Shown here piece after piece: positions 29,294 through 38,699 of a DNA stretch of 64,000 nt. Origin of the DNA: an uncultured virus (IMG/VR IMGVR_UViG_2687453182_000005) (lineage: Duplodnaviria; Heunggongvirae; Uroviricota; Caudoviricetes); IMG/VR virus record IMGVR_UViG_2687453182_000005; one strand, 5' to 3'. The stretch's first letter is position 1, and every line of letters starts with the position of its first letter. The notes beneath the pieces were generated by a model that did no database searches, was not told the DNA's origin, and was given only the letters and a program-made list of their open reading frames with translations. The translations under genes were made by a program, and so were the position numbers.

Positions 29294-29947
29294 TTATAGA
29301 GAGTTTGCCAAAGCGTCTGATTTTTCCTTAATCATTATTTCATTCTGTTTTTTTTCTTCTTGTTTTATTTTTTCAATAAATTCAGATTTGTAAAACAAAG
29401 ATATAATAACTGACCTATTATCGCCAGTGGCATTCAACATAATCATAACACTACTGGAGTCATTACCTTGAAACAAAGATACATATTTACCACAACCCTC
29501 ATTATTTAGGCATTCTGGTAGAGTAAGCATTCCTCTTGTTCTATTCTTCCATAAGTATTCTTCAGAATATTGTTCACTGTACTTTGAAGATAATGCTTGT
29601 TTTAATATGTTATATTTCTCAATAACTTTACTATCATCATCGTCATACACATAAATCAATGCATCTACATTAATTAATCCATACTTATCGTCAATACTTA
29701 CACTGTACATATCCAGACCATCAATTAATGAGGAATCATTTTTGATGAGATACTCTTTCACTCTATTTTTTTCATTACCAATTAACTTTATATTTCCAGT
29801 TTTGCTGAGCACATCACTGTATGTCATCCCCCATTTTAATCCAAATGGGGCTGATATTTTTTTCTCTACTGCTAACGTTGTTGTGCTAAAAAACAAGCAG
29901 CTAACCAGCAAAGCAATCACCCCACTAATATTCAATAACTTCTTCAT
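29294..29947 (-). CDS. Exported moron protein (superinfection-exclusion candidate)
   Basis: Signal peptide, PFGLKWGM motif, AT-rich, own terminator. Confidence 0.6.
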   Translation of the reverse strand: MKKLLNISGVIALLVSCLFFSTTTLAVEKKISAPFGLKWGMTYSDVLSKTGNIKLIGNEKNRVKEYLIKNDSSLIDGLDMYSVSIDDKYGLINVDALIYVYDDDDSKVIEKYNILKQALSSKYSEQYSEEYLWKNRTRGMLTLPECLNNEGCGKYVSLFQGNDSSSVMIMLNATGDNRSVIISLFYKSEFIEKIKQEEKKQNEIMIKEKSDALANSL

Positions 29948-30017
29948 CCCGTCCTCTCAGTTCTTTATTTAGTTTTCTTAATGGTAGCCGAGTGTAGTCG
30001 CAAATGGGAGCAAATTG

Positions 30018-30326
30018 TTATAACCAACCAAATCCTTTAGCCATTAATCCAGCCAAACCTAATGCAACAGCGATGATCGCACCAAATAACATACGGAAAT
30101 CGGATTTAGCATCCTTTTTAATATCTTTTATATCGTCTTTAATTTCGCTGATGTCGCGCTTAATGTATTCAACATCAGACTCTAATTTAGCTACTCGTAA
30201 TTCCATATCTCCACCTCCACCATCGCCACCATAGGTAGTAGTATAAAAATCCTCAGCCCTTTCATTAGGCTTTACTATTCTTAATCTATTTCTACTTAAT
30301 TTAGAGTCAATGGCTTGATTATTCAT
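30018..30326 (-). CDS. Coiled-coil protein with C-terminal TM helix
   Basis: RVAKLESDVEYIKRDISEIK heptads followed by a hydrophobic tail. Confidence 0.6.
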   Translation of the reverse strand: MNNQAIDSKLSRNRLRIVKPNERAEDFYTTTYGGDGGGGDMELRVAKLESDVEYIKRDISEIKDDIKDIKKDAKSDFRMLFGAIIAVALGLAGLMAKGFGWL

Positions 30327-30720
30327 TTATTTTACTCACTTTGAAATAAGCTCTATTGCTGTTTATCATCTCTGCATTTTTTATAAATGATGACTCAATA
30401 AAGTAGGTTCCTTCTTCTATAAATTTACATTTTTCAAAGGTGAGTTTTATGGATGCCATTACTTCATTAGGCTTCCCTTGTGTATCCTTTACCTTAATTA
30501 ATATCGATTTCGGATCACAAATTGGAGTTATTTTTTCACCATCAATCCTAAACAACCTATTTTGAAGAGATATTGGCTCATCATCCTTAAGGTCTAACAT
30601 GAACACCTTGAAATGGAAATCAAGCACAACAGGTATTTCGTCACAATCAAAAGACAGTAACGGAGACTCATCATCACTAGGATTATATGGGTGTAAAAAA
30701 GCTATTCTTTCTGTATTCAT
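30319..30720 (-). CDS. Hypothetical beta-rich protein
   Basis: Overlaps the downstream gene by 8 bp. Confidence 0.55.
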   Translation of the reverse strand: MNTERIAFLHPYNPSDDESPLLSFDCDEIPVVLDFHFKVFMLDLKDDEPISLQNRLFRIDGEKITPICDPKSILIKVKDTQGKPNEVMASIKLTFEKCKFIEEGTYFIESSFIKNAEMINSNRAYFKVSKINE

Positions 30721-30872
30721 GAGCAACACTTATTAGTAAAATGTGAATACATTTAACCATTTGTTTTAAGCAAGGTGTTACTGATCTTATTTACAGCAAA
30801 GATGGAAATTTCCACTATCTTTTTTATTACCCACTAAACCACCCTATTGTTTTAATTTATCAAGAATGTTCG

Positions 30873-31262
30873 TTATTTAGGGCCTGTTATCCCATACACT
30901 AGAAGCCACTTCAAATAATCTTCTAATGATATTCCTCTGATTTCTGCCGATTTTTTAGCAATCTCTAGGGTCTCATTATCCAGTTCAAGTGATATTGTTG
31001 CAGTATTGTCTTTATTCATGGACATTTGCGTTAAAAGATTCTCACCATCCATAGAAAATCCGTTCTCTAGAAATGAATACTGAACACCAAGAGCTTTCGC
31101 TAATTTGGCAATAATGTGGGCTCTTGGCACATTAATACCTGATTCATATCTAGATATTTGAGCCGGTGCCACACCTGACAATTCGGCAAGCTCACTTTGT
31201 GACAAGCCTTTTTGCGCCCTTAGTTCAGTTAGTCTTTTTGCAATAGAGTTATTTTTAATCAT
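30873..31262 (-). CDS. XRE-family HTH regulator, possible C-terminal RHH
   Basis: LSQSELAELSGV..AQISRYESG; divergent from the antirepressor. Confidence 0.85.
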   Translation of the reverse strand: MIKNNSIAKRLTELRAQKGLSQSELAELSGVAPAQISRYESGINVPRAHIIAKLAKALGVQYSFLENGFSMDGENLLTQMSMNKDNTATISLELDNETLEIAKKSAEIRGISLEDYLKWLLVYGITGPK

Positions 31263-31426
31263 AATTAGTCATCAATAGTATTGACAAGTGTTGTTTTGAG
31301 TATAAGATATATTTTACATGATTAATGATGACTGTCTATGACTTTTAAGCATGTAAAATAGCGAAGCCCTAACTACTTGCAATAGTCAGGGCTTCTAGTT
31401 TGATTCGAAAAATTAGGAAACGAACC

Positions 31427-32263
31427 ATGAATACTATATCAACTATCAATGTACCTTTCCACGGTAACAATTTATATGTTGTGAATTATAAAGGTCAGCC
31501 ATATGTACCGATGAAACCTATCGTCGAAGGTATGGGATTAACTTGGCAATCTCAATTTGAGAAGATAAAACAACGATTTAAATCAACCATCACGGAAATC
31601 GTGATAGTTGCCGCAGACGGCAAGGAGCGCAATATGATTTGCCTAGCTCTCCGTAAACTTGCAGGCTGGCTTCACACTATCAGCCCTAACAAGGTAAAAC
31701 CAGAGATCCGCGATAAAGTAATCAAGTATCAAGAAGAGTGTGACGATGTACTTTACGAATATTGGACTACTGGTGAGGTTAAGAAAAAACACAAATCAAC
31801 TGTTCAGGAACGCAACCCATTAAAGAATGCTGTTAATCTACTGGTTAGCAAGAAAGGCATCATGTACCCAGAAGCCTATTCTCTTGTTCACCAGAAATTC
31901 AATGTTAGTAGCATTGAAGAATTAACAGTAGATCAGATACCAGATGCGGTTGAGTATATTCACAAGTTTGTACTTGAAGGTGAATACATTCCTAAACAGG
32001 AAGAAAATATACTTTTTGAACCAAATCAAAACTCAATCACCGTAACCATACCAAAAGAAGGAAGATGGTTAGTTTCTTATAAAAATGGAAAGCAACAAGT
32101 AGTTAGCGTTGATGGTCATAACGTTGTCAGTGTTGAATACATTCAAAAATTACAACGTGACTCTAATGCGCTTATTGAGTTACTGCAAAACTTCCGTCTA
32201 CGCACCCAAGTTATGCAAGGTGAGAAAAGCGGAGATATTTTAAACACTCCGTTAATTGCATAA
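31427..32263 (+). CDS. Antirepressor (P22 Ant N-terminal domain)
   Basis: VPFHG, PYVPMKPIVEGMGL.W..Q and YQEECDDVLY.YW motifs. Confidence 0.85.
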   Translation: MNTISTINVPFHGNNLYVVNYKGQPYVPMKPIVEGMGLTWQSQFEKIKQRFKSTITEIVIVAADGKERNMICLALRKLAGWLHTISPNKVKPEIRDKVIKYQEECDDVLYEYWTTGEVKKKHKSTVQERNPLKNAVNLLVSKKGIMYPEAYSLVHQKFNVSSIEELTVDQIPDAVEYIHKFVLEGEYIPKQEENILFEPNQNSITVTIPKEGRWLVSYKNGKQQVVSVDGHNVVSVEYIQKLQRDSNALIELLQNFRLRTQVMQGEKSGDILNTPLIA

Positions 32264-32346
32264 CAATAGTAGTAACGCCCAAGGATGGGCTATCAATTCT
32301 CGCGATTCGCTATAATCAAACTATATCAATAAATTACACAAGATAA

Positions 32347-32435
32347 GTTTTACAACTTTTTTGTAAAACCCTTTAGGAGTCGCTCAATATTTGAACTACA
32401 AAACTTTTGTAGTTACCTACAATTATTTTGTAGGT
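32347..32435. repeat. Three palindromes with consensus TACAA-N5-TTGTA
   Basis: 32347-32369, 32394-32414 and 32415-32435, perfect 8-10 bp arms. Confidence 0.8.
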
Positions 32436-32522
32436 CGGTCATTTCAATTTAGAACAATCAAACAATATCAATAATTTGAGATATTCAGGCAACAAAAAAC
32501 CCACCGGAGTGGGTTGGTTTGG

Positions 32523-33029
32523 TTATTCATCATCAGGGGTGGGTTGTTTTGCTTTTCTTCCAAAAACAAAAACGCCAGCAAGTCCAATAACATTCATAGT
32601 TATTAGCCCCGCACCTGCACCATACTCACCTTTCCACATAAGGTACCCACCAAGCAAAAAAATAAGCAATGACAAGGAGTAAGCCATCCATTGCCCCCTT
32701 TTGTCTTTTTTGATAGCGCCATTCAGTGCAGTTTTTTGTGTTTCATGCCTGAAGCGTTGCTCAGCCTCTGTGAAAGAAAGTATTCTCTCAGCCATGCCAG
32801 GAACAATTTCTTCGTATTGCCTAAGGTGATCTGGGTGTGGGAGAGGTCCGTGGAATATTTCACGTTTTTGGATAACTGACATTATTTTAGGGCGGTCCAA
32901 CAGTCTCTCGAGAACAGCTGGATTCTCTTCAACTGCGCTTTCTATTTTAGCGACCGCCCCTGTTAATTCCTCTTCCGACATTATCGTGTGATGCTTATCT
33001 TGTTCTTGCTCTGAACTCATCACTTTCAC
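32523..33029 (-). CDS. DUF2335-like membrane protein
   Basis: FHGPLPHP..L..YE.I.PG.AERI...E.EQ..RH motif and two TM segments. Confidence 0.8.
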   Translation of the reverse strand: MKVMSSEQEQDKHHTIMSEEELTGAVAKIESAVEENPAVLERLLDRPKIMSVIQKREIFHGPLPHPDHLRQYEEIVPGMAERILSFTEAEQRFRHETQKTALNGAIKKDKRGQWMAYSLSLLIFLLGGYLMWKGEYGAGAGLITMNVIGLAGVFVFGRKAKQPTPDDE

Positions 33030-33198
33030 TCACAAGTTGAGAAATAGCCTTGCTCATATCTTTCCCTACGGCTTCGATATCTTTTTTTAGGCGGTCTTGG
33101 TCTCGCCCTTGAGCTGCCATTCTTCTGTAATTTGTAGCAGGAGCTAAGTCCATTACGCTACCCATAGCTATGAGATATCTGCGCATTGTTGCTGTCAT
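32995..33198 (-). CDS. Small partner of the DUF2335 gene
   Basis: GGAGGT SD; GSV.DL.P and D..AVG.DM motifs. Confidence 0.65.
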   Translation of the reverse strand: MTATMRRYLIAMGSVMDLAPATNYRRMAAQGRDQDRLKKDIEAVGKDMSKAISQLVSESDEFRARTR

Positions 33199-33369
33199 AT
33201 GACACCTCCGCTTAGTTGAAGACTATAGTTCATGGTTACATCAAATTGCTAAATATAACTGGAGCTATCGTAAAACAACATTTAGTTAACTTCAATAAAA
33301 GTTTGTGCCTCCGAGAGGAGTATCACTATCTATCACAAGAGATAAATCTCTATTTAGAGGAAATTTAAA

Positions 33370-33410
33370 CTGTATCTAAACACAGTACCACTACCTACAA
33401 AACGGCTCAA
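33370..33410 (-). promoter_or_regulatory. LexA box overlapping a sigma70 promoter
   Basis: CTGTATCTAAACACAG (33370-33385); minus-strand TTGAGC-17-TACTGT. Confidence 0.75.
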
Positions 33411-33588
33411 ATCCACCGTTCGGCTATCTTCGGACAAGGCTGGGATTAGCACTTTCAAAAAACAATAAAGGACCAAACGTCATCAGGTTAGTAGCAGCCC
33501 CATTTACTTTGTACGGATATTTGACTTAATTAAATTCACGTCTAATATTTGTTCTGCTCAATAACGAGCATTACAAGGAGTTTTTATT

Positions 33589-33771
33589 ATGGGTAAAAAA
33601 CCCGGTGAAAACACAGGTAAAGATGGCGGTATCTATCGAGAAGTTGGACCTCGTGGCGGTTTAAAAAACAATTATGCCACAGTGAGAGACAACGAAAAGC
33701 TACCACCAACAACGCAATCAGGCAACACATGGGTTCTTGAAAAAAGAACACCAAACAGTAAGCGTCCTTAA
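33589..33771 (+). CDS. YjzC-like small protein
   Basis: KPGE....G.Y.EVGPRGG...LPPT..G..W motif; AAGGAG SD. Confidence 0.75.
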   Translation: MGKKPGENTGKDGGIYREVGPRGGLKNNYATVRDNEKLPPTTQSGNTWVLEKRTPNSKRP

Positions 33772-33784
33772 CCTGTTGTAATAA

Positions 33785-34156
33785 TTAAAGCCGGCCTACG
33801 TCGGCTTTTTTGGGTTTAACACAGAAATCCACCATCCTACTAATAAGATGGCAAAATGTTTCATTCGCGGCTCCTGTTTCAACGCTCACACCGACGCGGT
33901 GACAAATGTCGAACGCTATATGTGCGCATTCGTGAACTAGAGTAGATAATTTACCGTTAAACACACCAATAATATGGAGTACACACTGAGTGTTAGTAAC
34001 TGTATGACTTGCACCGTTAACAAAACTATCCCCACCATCAATGCCTAGTTTTTCATGTAGAGATCGCCAATCATCCCAAGAGCCACAATAGATAATATAT
34101 CCAGATTCAAATAAAGGCACCTTCATATGTCGATACTGCTTTAGGATTTTGTTCAT
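33785..34156 (-). CDS. Hypothetical protein with HExxH motif
   Basis: LVHECAH; convergent with yjzC-like. Confidence 0.6.
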   Translation of the reverse strand: MNKILKQYRHMKVPLFESGYIIYCGSWDDWRSLHEKLGIDGGDSFVNGASHTVTNTQCVLHIIGVFNGKLSTLVHECAHIAFDICHRVGVSVETGAANETFCHLISRMVDFCVKPKKADVGRL

Positions 34157-34247
34157 ATTCCTACCTTTACTATAAAATATCTCAAGCCTGATAATTGGCT
34201 ACTTTCTCTTCCTACTCACTAATCGACGTTTGCCACTGATCAGCTCA

Positions 34248-34538
34248 TCATTGCGACCTCTTATGCATCACCTCTAACGCCTTAGCTTCCATAATGCGGA
34301 TATCGCTAAAAACGGTCGCTCTATCTTTGATGTTGAGTAAGTCCATTATTTGGTTTAATGGGTTGTAATCCAAGCCTGTGATACCATTCATGCCTACACG
34401 CCACTGTGTATTCATGGCTGAAAATACTTGATACGAATCCCAAACATCAGGCCAGATTTCAACATCTTCAATATCTGGCGGAAAGCCAAAAGCGCGCTCG
34501 AACTCAGCCGATTCTTTTGAACTCATTCCGCCATACAT
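34248..34538 (-). CDS. Tail chaperone T-like segment (DUF1799-like)
   Basis: TQWR.G..G.TGLDY motif; lies in the -1 frame of the upstream chaperone. Confidence 0.8.
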   Translation of the reverse strand: MYGGMSSKESAEFERAFGFPPDIEDVEIWPDVWDSYQVFSAMNTQWRVGMNGITGLDYNPLNQIMDLLNIKDRATVFSDIRIMEAKALEVMHKRSQ

Positions 34539-34552
34539 CGCCTCGGCGACCG

Positions 34553-34858
34553 TTAAGAGTTTTTTTCACGATTACCCATCAGTTCGTTGTAATACGTTGA
34601 TGAAATAGCACGAGAGGCTGAAGGGTAGTTATCTAACAATATGTTTAAATTTTCTTTGTTATATGGCTCTTCGATCGCCCAGTCAGCAATAATCTGCTCA
34701 AAGAACTCAGAAATCGGTTTTTCTCGCATTCCATCAAGCTCACTTACTGAGTGATGTTTAAATGTGAATGTAACTACTTCTGGCTTTTCTTTGCCGGCAA
34801 CAGGAATTTTAACGTTAGCTTTGAAGGTTGGATTTGGGACGAGTGTAAATTTAGGCAT
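34553..34858 (-). CDS. Tail assembly chaperone G
   Basis: PNPTFKA.V.IP motif; ends REKNS with slippery A-AAA-AAC. Confidence 0.85.
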   Translation of the reverse strand: MPKFTLVPNPTFKANVKIPVAGKEKPEVVTFTFKHHSVSELDGMREKPISEFFEQIIADWAIEEPYNKENLNILLDNYPSASRAISSTYYNELMGNREKNS

Positions 34859-34909
34859 TATCAGTCCTTAAAAAGCCCCTGTTTCGGGGCTGTTGTGAGT
34901 ATTTATTGA

Positions 34910-35566
34910 TTAAGATGCGTTGGTATAAATCTGCATTTCAGATTTAAGTGAGAATCGCGCTGTTACGTTTTCAACTTCGTTGATAGCAGTGTTTGGCACA
35001 CGCTGGAATGAAATTGAAGCTGTGTAATAGCGATCTTCTTCTGCGCGTTTATTGAAGAATCGGATTGCAGTAACTTGCTTACTGTCGTCCAATTTTGTTA
35101 GCAATTTACGGATAGGCAGCTTAGCATCGTGAGCAAAGGTATAAACCTGTACAACACCATTTTTATAGGTATCGATAGTTTCTGCCTGCTCATCTTCAAG
35201 AAATTGAACCTCTTGAGTTTGCTGTTCCCCACCTTCTGTAGAAAGTGTCATTACCTGTGGCATGACTTCCCATGACAATACTTTCTTTAATGTTCCTGTA
35301 CCGCCACCAGCAGGAAACACATTTTTATCACTTGTATCGACACCTTCTAAGGTGATTTTAGATTCAGCGACACTTGCAACACGGAAAGCACCCGAAGCTT
35401 TTTTCCAGCCAGATGTAACATGAACAATATCGCCTTTAGCAATGTCACCCACATCATCAACTGTTAGTACGGCTTCTTCGGCATTAGTTGCCTCGGTAAT
35501 TTTAATTTCGTCATCGTATTTACTTGCGACGTAAACACGCGACCCATTAGGAATGTTATAGGCCAT
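34910..35566 (-). CDS. Major tail tube protein
   Basis: IPNGS, TNA and GGEQQ motifs; position. Confidence 0.85.
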   Translation of the reverse strand: MAYNIPNGSRVYVASKYDDEIKITEATNAEEAVLTVDDVGDIAKGDIVHVTSGWKKASGAFRVASVAESKITLEGVDTSDKNVFPAGGGTGTLKKVLSWEVMPQVMTLSTEGGEQQTQEVQFLEDEQAETIDTYKNGVVQVYTFAHDAKLPIRKLLTKLDDSKQVTAIRFFNKRAEEDRYYTASISFQRVPNTAINEVENVTARFSLKSEMQIYTNAS

Positions 35567-35611
35567 TGTTAACCTCTATTTTAGGTATAAAAAAACCGCA
35601 ATTAAGCGGTG

Positions 35612-36013
35612 TTATCGGATTGCATTACATCGATAGGATGCACGAATAGGAATGGTATAATTTGTTTCATCTGAAATTGGAGGGAACTGGCTAGGCTCTC
35701 CGTTAATGTAGATACCCTCCCCTAATGTTAATCCATTTTCTAATCTGTTTTTAACGTCATCAGCAATAGTTGATATCTTAGCGTCCCCACCCCCTACTTT
35801 CCCAACTACGTTAATTTGGATAACACCACGATAAACAGGCATATCCAGAGATAACCCGATGTTATCCGTTTCTGCTGGCATGACATGGAGTTGAAGATAG
35901 GGAGCGTTAATATCATTAAAAGGAAGATTGGGCCATGCGATTTTTAGGTTTAAATCCTTGCCAATACTCGCCACCAGCTTTCGTATTTCAGTATTAATCG
36001 TTGACTGATTCAT
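35612..36013 (-). CDS. Tail terminator
   Basis: IAWPN..F..PYL motif; position. Confidence 0.75.
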   Translation of the reverse strand: MNQSTINTEIRKLVASIGKDLNLKIAWPNLPFNDINAPYLQLHVMPAETDNIGLSLDMPVYRGVIQINVVGKVGGGDAKISTIADDVKNRLENGLTLGEGIYINGEPSQFPPISDETNYTIPIRASYRCNAIR

Positions 36014-36591
36014 GATTTAGTTTCCGATACGGCAGAGTTGAAAAACTGACTAAATTCCTCAGCAGTCACAGCAACCATACCGTTAGGTGCTTGTTTCGAA
36101 TGCCCCATTTCAAGGCGGTAAGCATAAGGCACATTGTTTGTGAAATAGATAGCTTTCATTCCTACCTTAAATTGTTCAATAACAACGTTGCCTAACGCCT
36201 TTGTCATATTGCCTGACTTATCTATGCGTCCCGTTTCGCCTTCCGCTGGAGCATCAAATGACACCTGCCAATTACCTCTAAACCGCCCCCCTGTATAACC
36301 AGGAGGAACATAAATATCCATAGAGCCATTAACACGAACACGCTTTTTTAATTGACGTCGCTTTGGTGTTAAATTATTAGGATCTTGTTTTAGATACTCA
36401 TTATGTTCAAAAACTGCTTTATTGTAGTTTGAGGCAACCCTATTAACTTCCCATAGTTCAGGATTCCCAACGGGTGACATATCAACGAGCCTAGCAAGTA
36501 TTTGAATACTGGTTTTTCTTACAACCGTTTCAATATCTGCATTGGATTTATCGATAAATAAGTTAATTGACCTCATAAACTGATCTGACAT
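36010..36591 (-). CDS. HK97 gp10-like tail completion protein
   Basis: SPVG, GGRFRGNW and NNVPYA.RLE.GHS.QAP.GMV motifs. Confidence 0.8.
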   Translation of the reverse strand: MSDQFMRSINLFIDKSNADIETVVRKTSIQILARLVDMSPVGNPELWEVNRVASNYNKAVFEHNEYLKQDPNNLTPKRRQLKKRVRVNGSMDIYVPPGYTGGRFRGNWQVSFDAPAEGETGRIDKSGNMTKALGNVVIEQFKVGMKAIYFTNNVPYAYRLEMGHSKQAPNGMVAVTAEEFSQFFNSAVSETKS

Positions 36592-36592
36592 G

Positions 36593-36943
36593 TCACGCCC
36601 TCAGTTGAGACTGATAGCAGATAATAATATCAGCGGGTTTAACAGGATTCGGCTCATGAACGCGCAACCAAACGCCATCGATAAGCAGCTTATCCCCTTT
36701 CTGAATATCAATGTCTGGAGGAAGTATCATTTTAATATCCGTGGAGAGAATAAGTGTTCCGTCGATTTCGTGAGGTTTATATTGCGTTTTTACCCCGACA
36801 ACAGAAAATAACGTTTCTGGCTCAAAGTGTTCCTGCCCCTCATCATCAACCCAATGCTTACCATCACGCTTAGCCTGATAGGAAACGCCATATTTTTTCA
36901 ACATCCTTAATGCTGTGCTCTGCCCACGTTGATAAATGTTCAT
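36593..36943 (-). CDS. Head-tail adaptor / stopper
   Basis: Position and size. Confidence 0.65.
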   Translation of the reverse strand: MNIYQRGQSTALRMLKKYGVSYQAKRDGKHWVDDEGQEHFEPETLFSVVGVKTQYKPHEIDGTLILSTDIKMILPPDIDIQKGDKLLIDGVWLRVHEPNPVKPADIIICYQSQLRA

Positions 36944-37416
36944 GGCTACCTCATTGCAAATGTATTAATGGCAAATCCATCCGAGACATCAATCAAGCCA
37001 GACAATAAACCTTTTAACCAAGGAAAGTTTGGTGCGCCAGTATTAGTGCCTTCGGCATATTGCACAGTAATAGCGCCCTCAATTCGCTCTGAGGTGATTT
37101 CAGCGCCTAACGTGGGCTGTAGGTCATTTTCTACTGATTCAATCGCTAAACGGCATTGAGCTTGGATTAATTGCTTTGGTATCTGATCGCTTGGGATGGC
37201 AACACCGTCGCGAGATAGCCCTGAGCGAGGGAAAGATAAGGTTGATTTGGGTTCGTTTACCTAACCATTTTTGCGATTCAAGATAATCCATCGCCGTAAT
37301 TAGTAATGCCTCTAATCCACTATCTGCCAAAGTGATATTCTATCCTCAGCGTATTTCTTCAAATCATCCACACTTGCGTAGCTATTAAATATTGGAGAGT
37401 TCTTATCATCAATCAT
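36940..37416 (-). pseudogene. Head-tail connector, frameshifted in this assembly
   Basis: NSYASVDD, AMDYLESQKWLG, FPR and VQYA pieces fall in different frames. Confidence 0.6.
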
Positions 37417-37452
37417 GCTCACCTCAAAAAAAAGGGGGGGCACAAAGCCCCT

Positions 37453-37740
37453 TAAATTACTCGTCTGAGAAGTTTTTTCTGTAATGTAATTGCATCAGTA
37501 TTTGTGCAACACCATCAACAGTGGCTGTGACAATAAATTCACCCTGTGAATCAGAAGTTAATTTCACTGTCGCACCACCAGCTTTGCCCGTCTTAGATGA
37601 AGTAACGCTTAATTTACCACCTGTTGTAGACCAATTAACGGTAGCTCCTTCCTGGAGCTGCCCTTGGTGTAATTAAGAGTGATCGTTACTGTATCTGTAC
37701 TGTCAGCGATAGCGGACGTTTTATCCGCTGACAGGGTTAC
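37453..37740 (-). CDS. Ig-like (Big-1) capsid extension reached by -1 frameshift; contains indels
   Basis: VTLSADKTSAIADSTDTVTIT..GATVNWSTTGG..GATVKLTS..VTATV after slippery G-GGA-AAG. Confidence 0.65.
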
Positions 37741-38685
37741 TTTCCCTCTTCGGCAGTCAGTTTAATCATGACGCCAGCGGTTAATTTGTTGCTAGTGAAA
37801 TGCTTCTTCCAGTTACCTGCGGTGCCTAACTGTGTTAAATCAGGGTTTTTTCCTTTTGATTCATCCCAGCTATAGCCCAGAACGCCAACGTTAACCACGC
37901 CTTCACCACGATAACCAACTTCCAAGTTCTCCTTGTCATTGATTCATAAGATCGGAAAGTCGGCTCTTGGGATTCAGTGATAGTCACAGCACCCCGCACT
38001 AAACCAAAGATGGCATCTACTGGCGCTGTATCCGTTACCAGCACAGGCTTACCTAATGTGCCTGGCTGTCCACCGTAGATAACCACACCCGCTTCTTCAT
38101 ACACTTTGTTGTCAATGGCCTGATCAACAATATCGAAGGTGGTTGAGTGCATAACAAACAGATTACACGGTTAAATTTATCGCCGTATTTGCGTAAACCT
38201 TTGGTCAGCGTTTTCTTGCCATCGGTCGCAATATCAGCCGTCACCACCATTTCTTTGTTATTGCCGATTGCTGCACCCAGCGCAGCTAAAGAGTATTTAA
38301 TGTAACCCTCTAGTGAAGCATCTGCCGCATCCGTACCCACCAACTCAGAAAACTCCGATACATCACGCCCACGGCGTTTAAATGCTTCTTCTGTCGTTGC
38401 ATAAGGACCATATTTCCAAGGTGCTTTTACATCAACAGATTCGCCCGCGCCGATTTTTTTGTTCTCTACGGATGCTGTAGAGTTTACATCACGATGCTCA
38501 ATCGAACCGCCGATATGATAAAAGGCACGCTTACGGAAGTCCCCCTCGATAAACAAGTTATCCAGCACAATTGCGCCGTTTGATGCCTGATTAAATACTG
38601 CTAAATTATCTTGACGGCGTTCTAAAAACGCAGTTTGTGCTAAATCGTTATAAATTACTAAATCATTATTAGTCGTCGTAGCCAT
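37737..38685 (-). CDS. Major capsid protein, split by two frameshifts (probable assembly errors)
   Basis: ORFs 38053-38685, 37835-38152 and 37737-37925 join into one capsid (FN.ASNGAI.L, TLGKPVLVTD, GYSWD). Confidence 0.8.
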
Positions 38686-38699
38686 TGCTTATATTTCCT

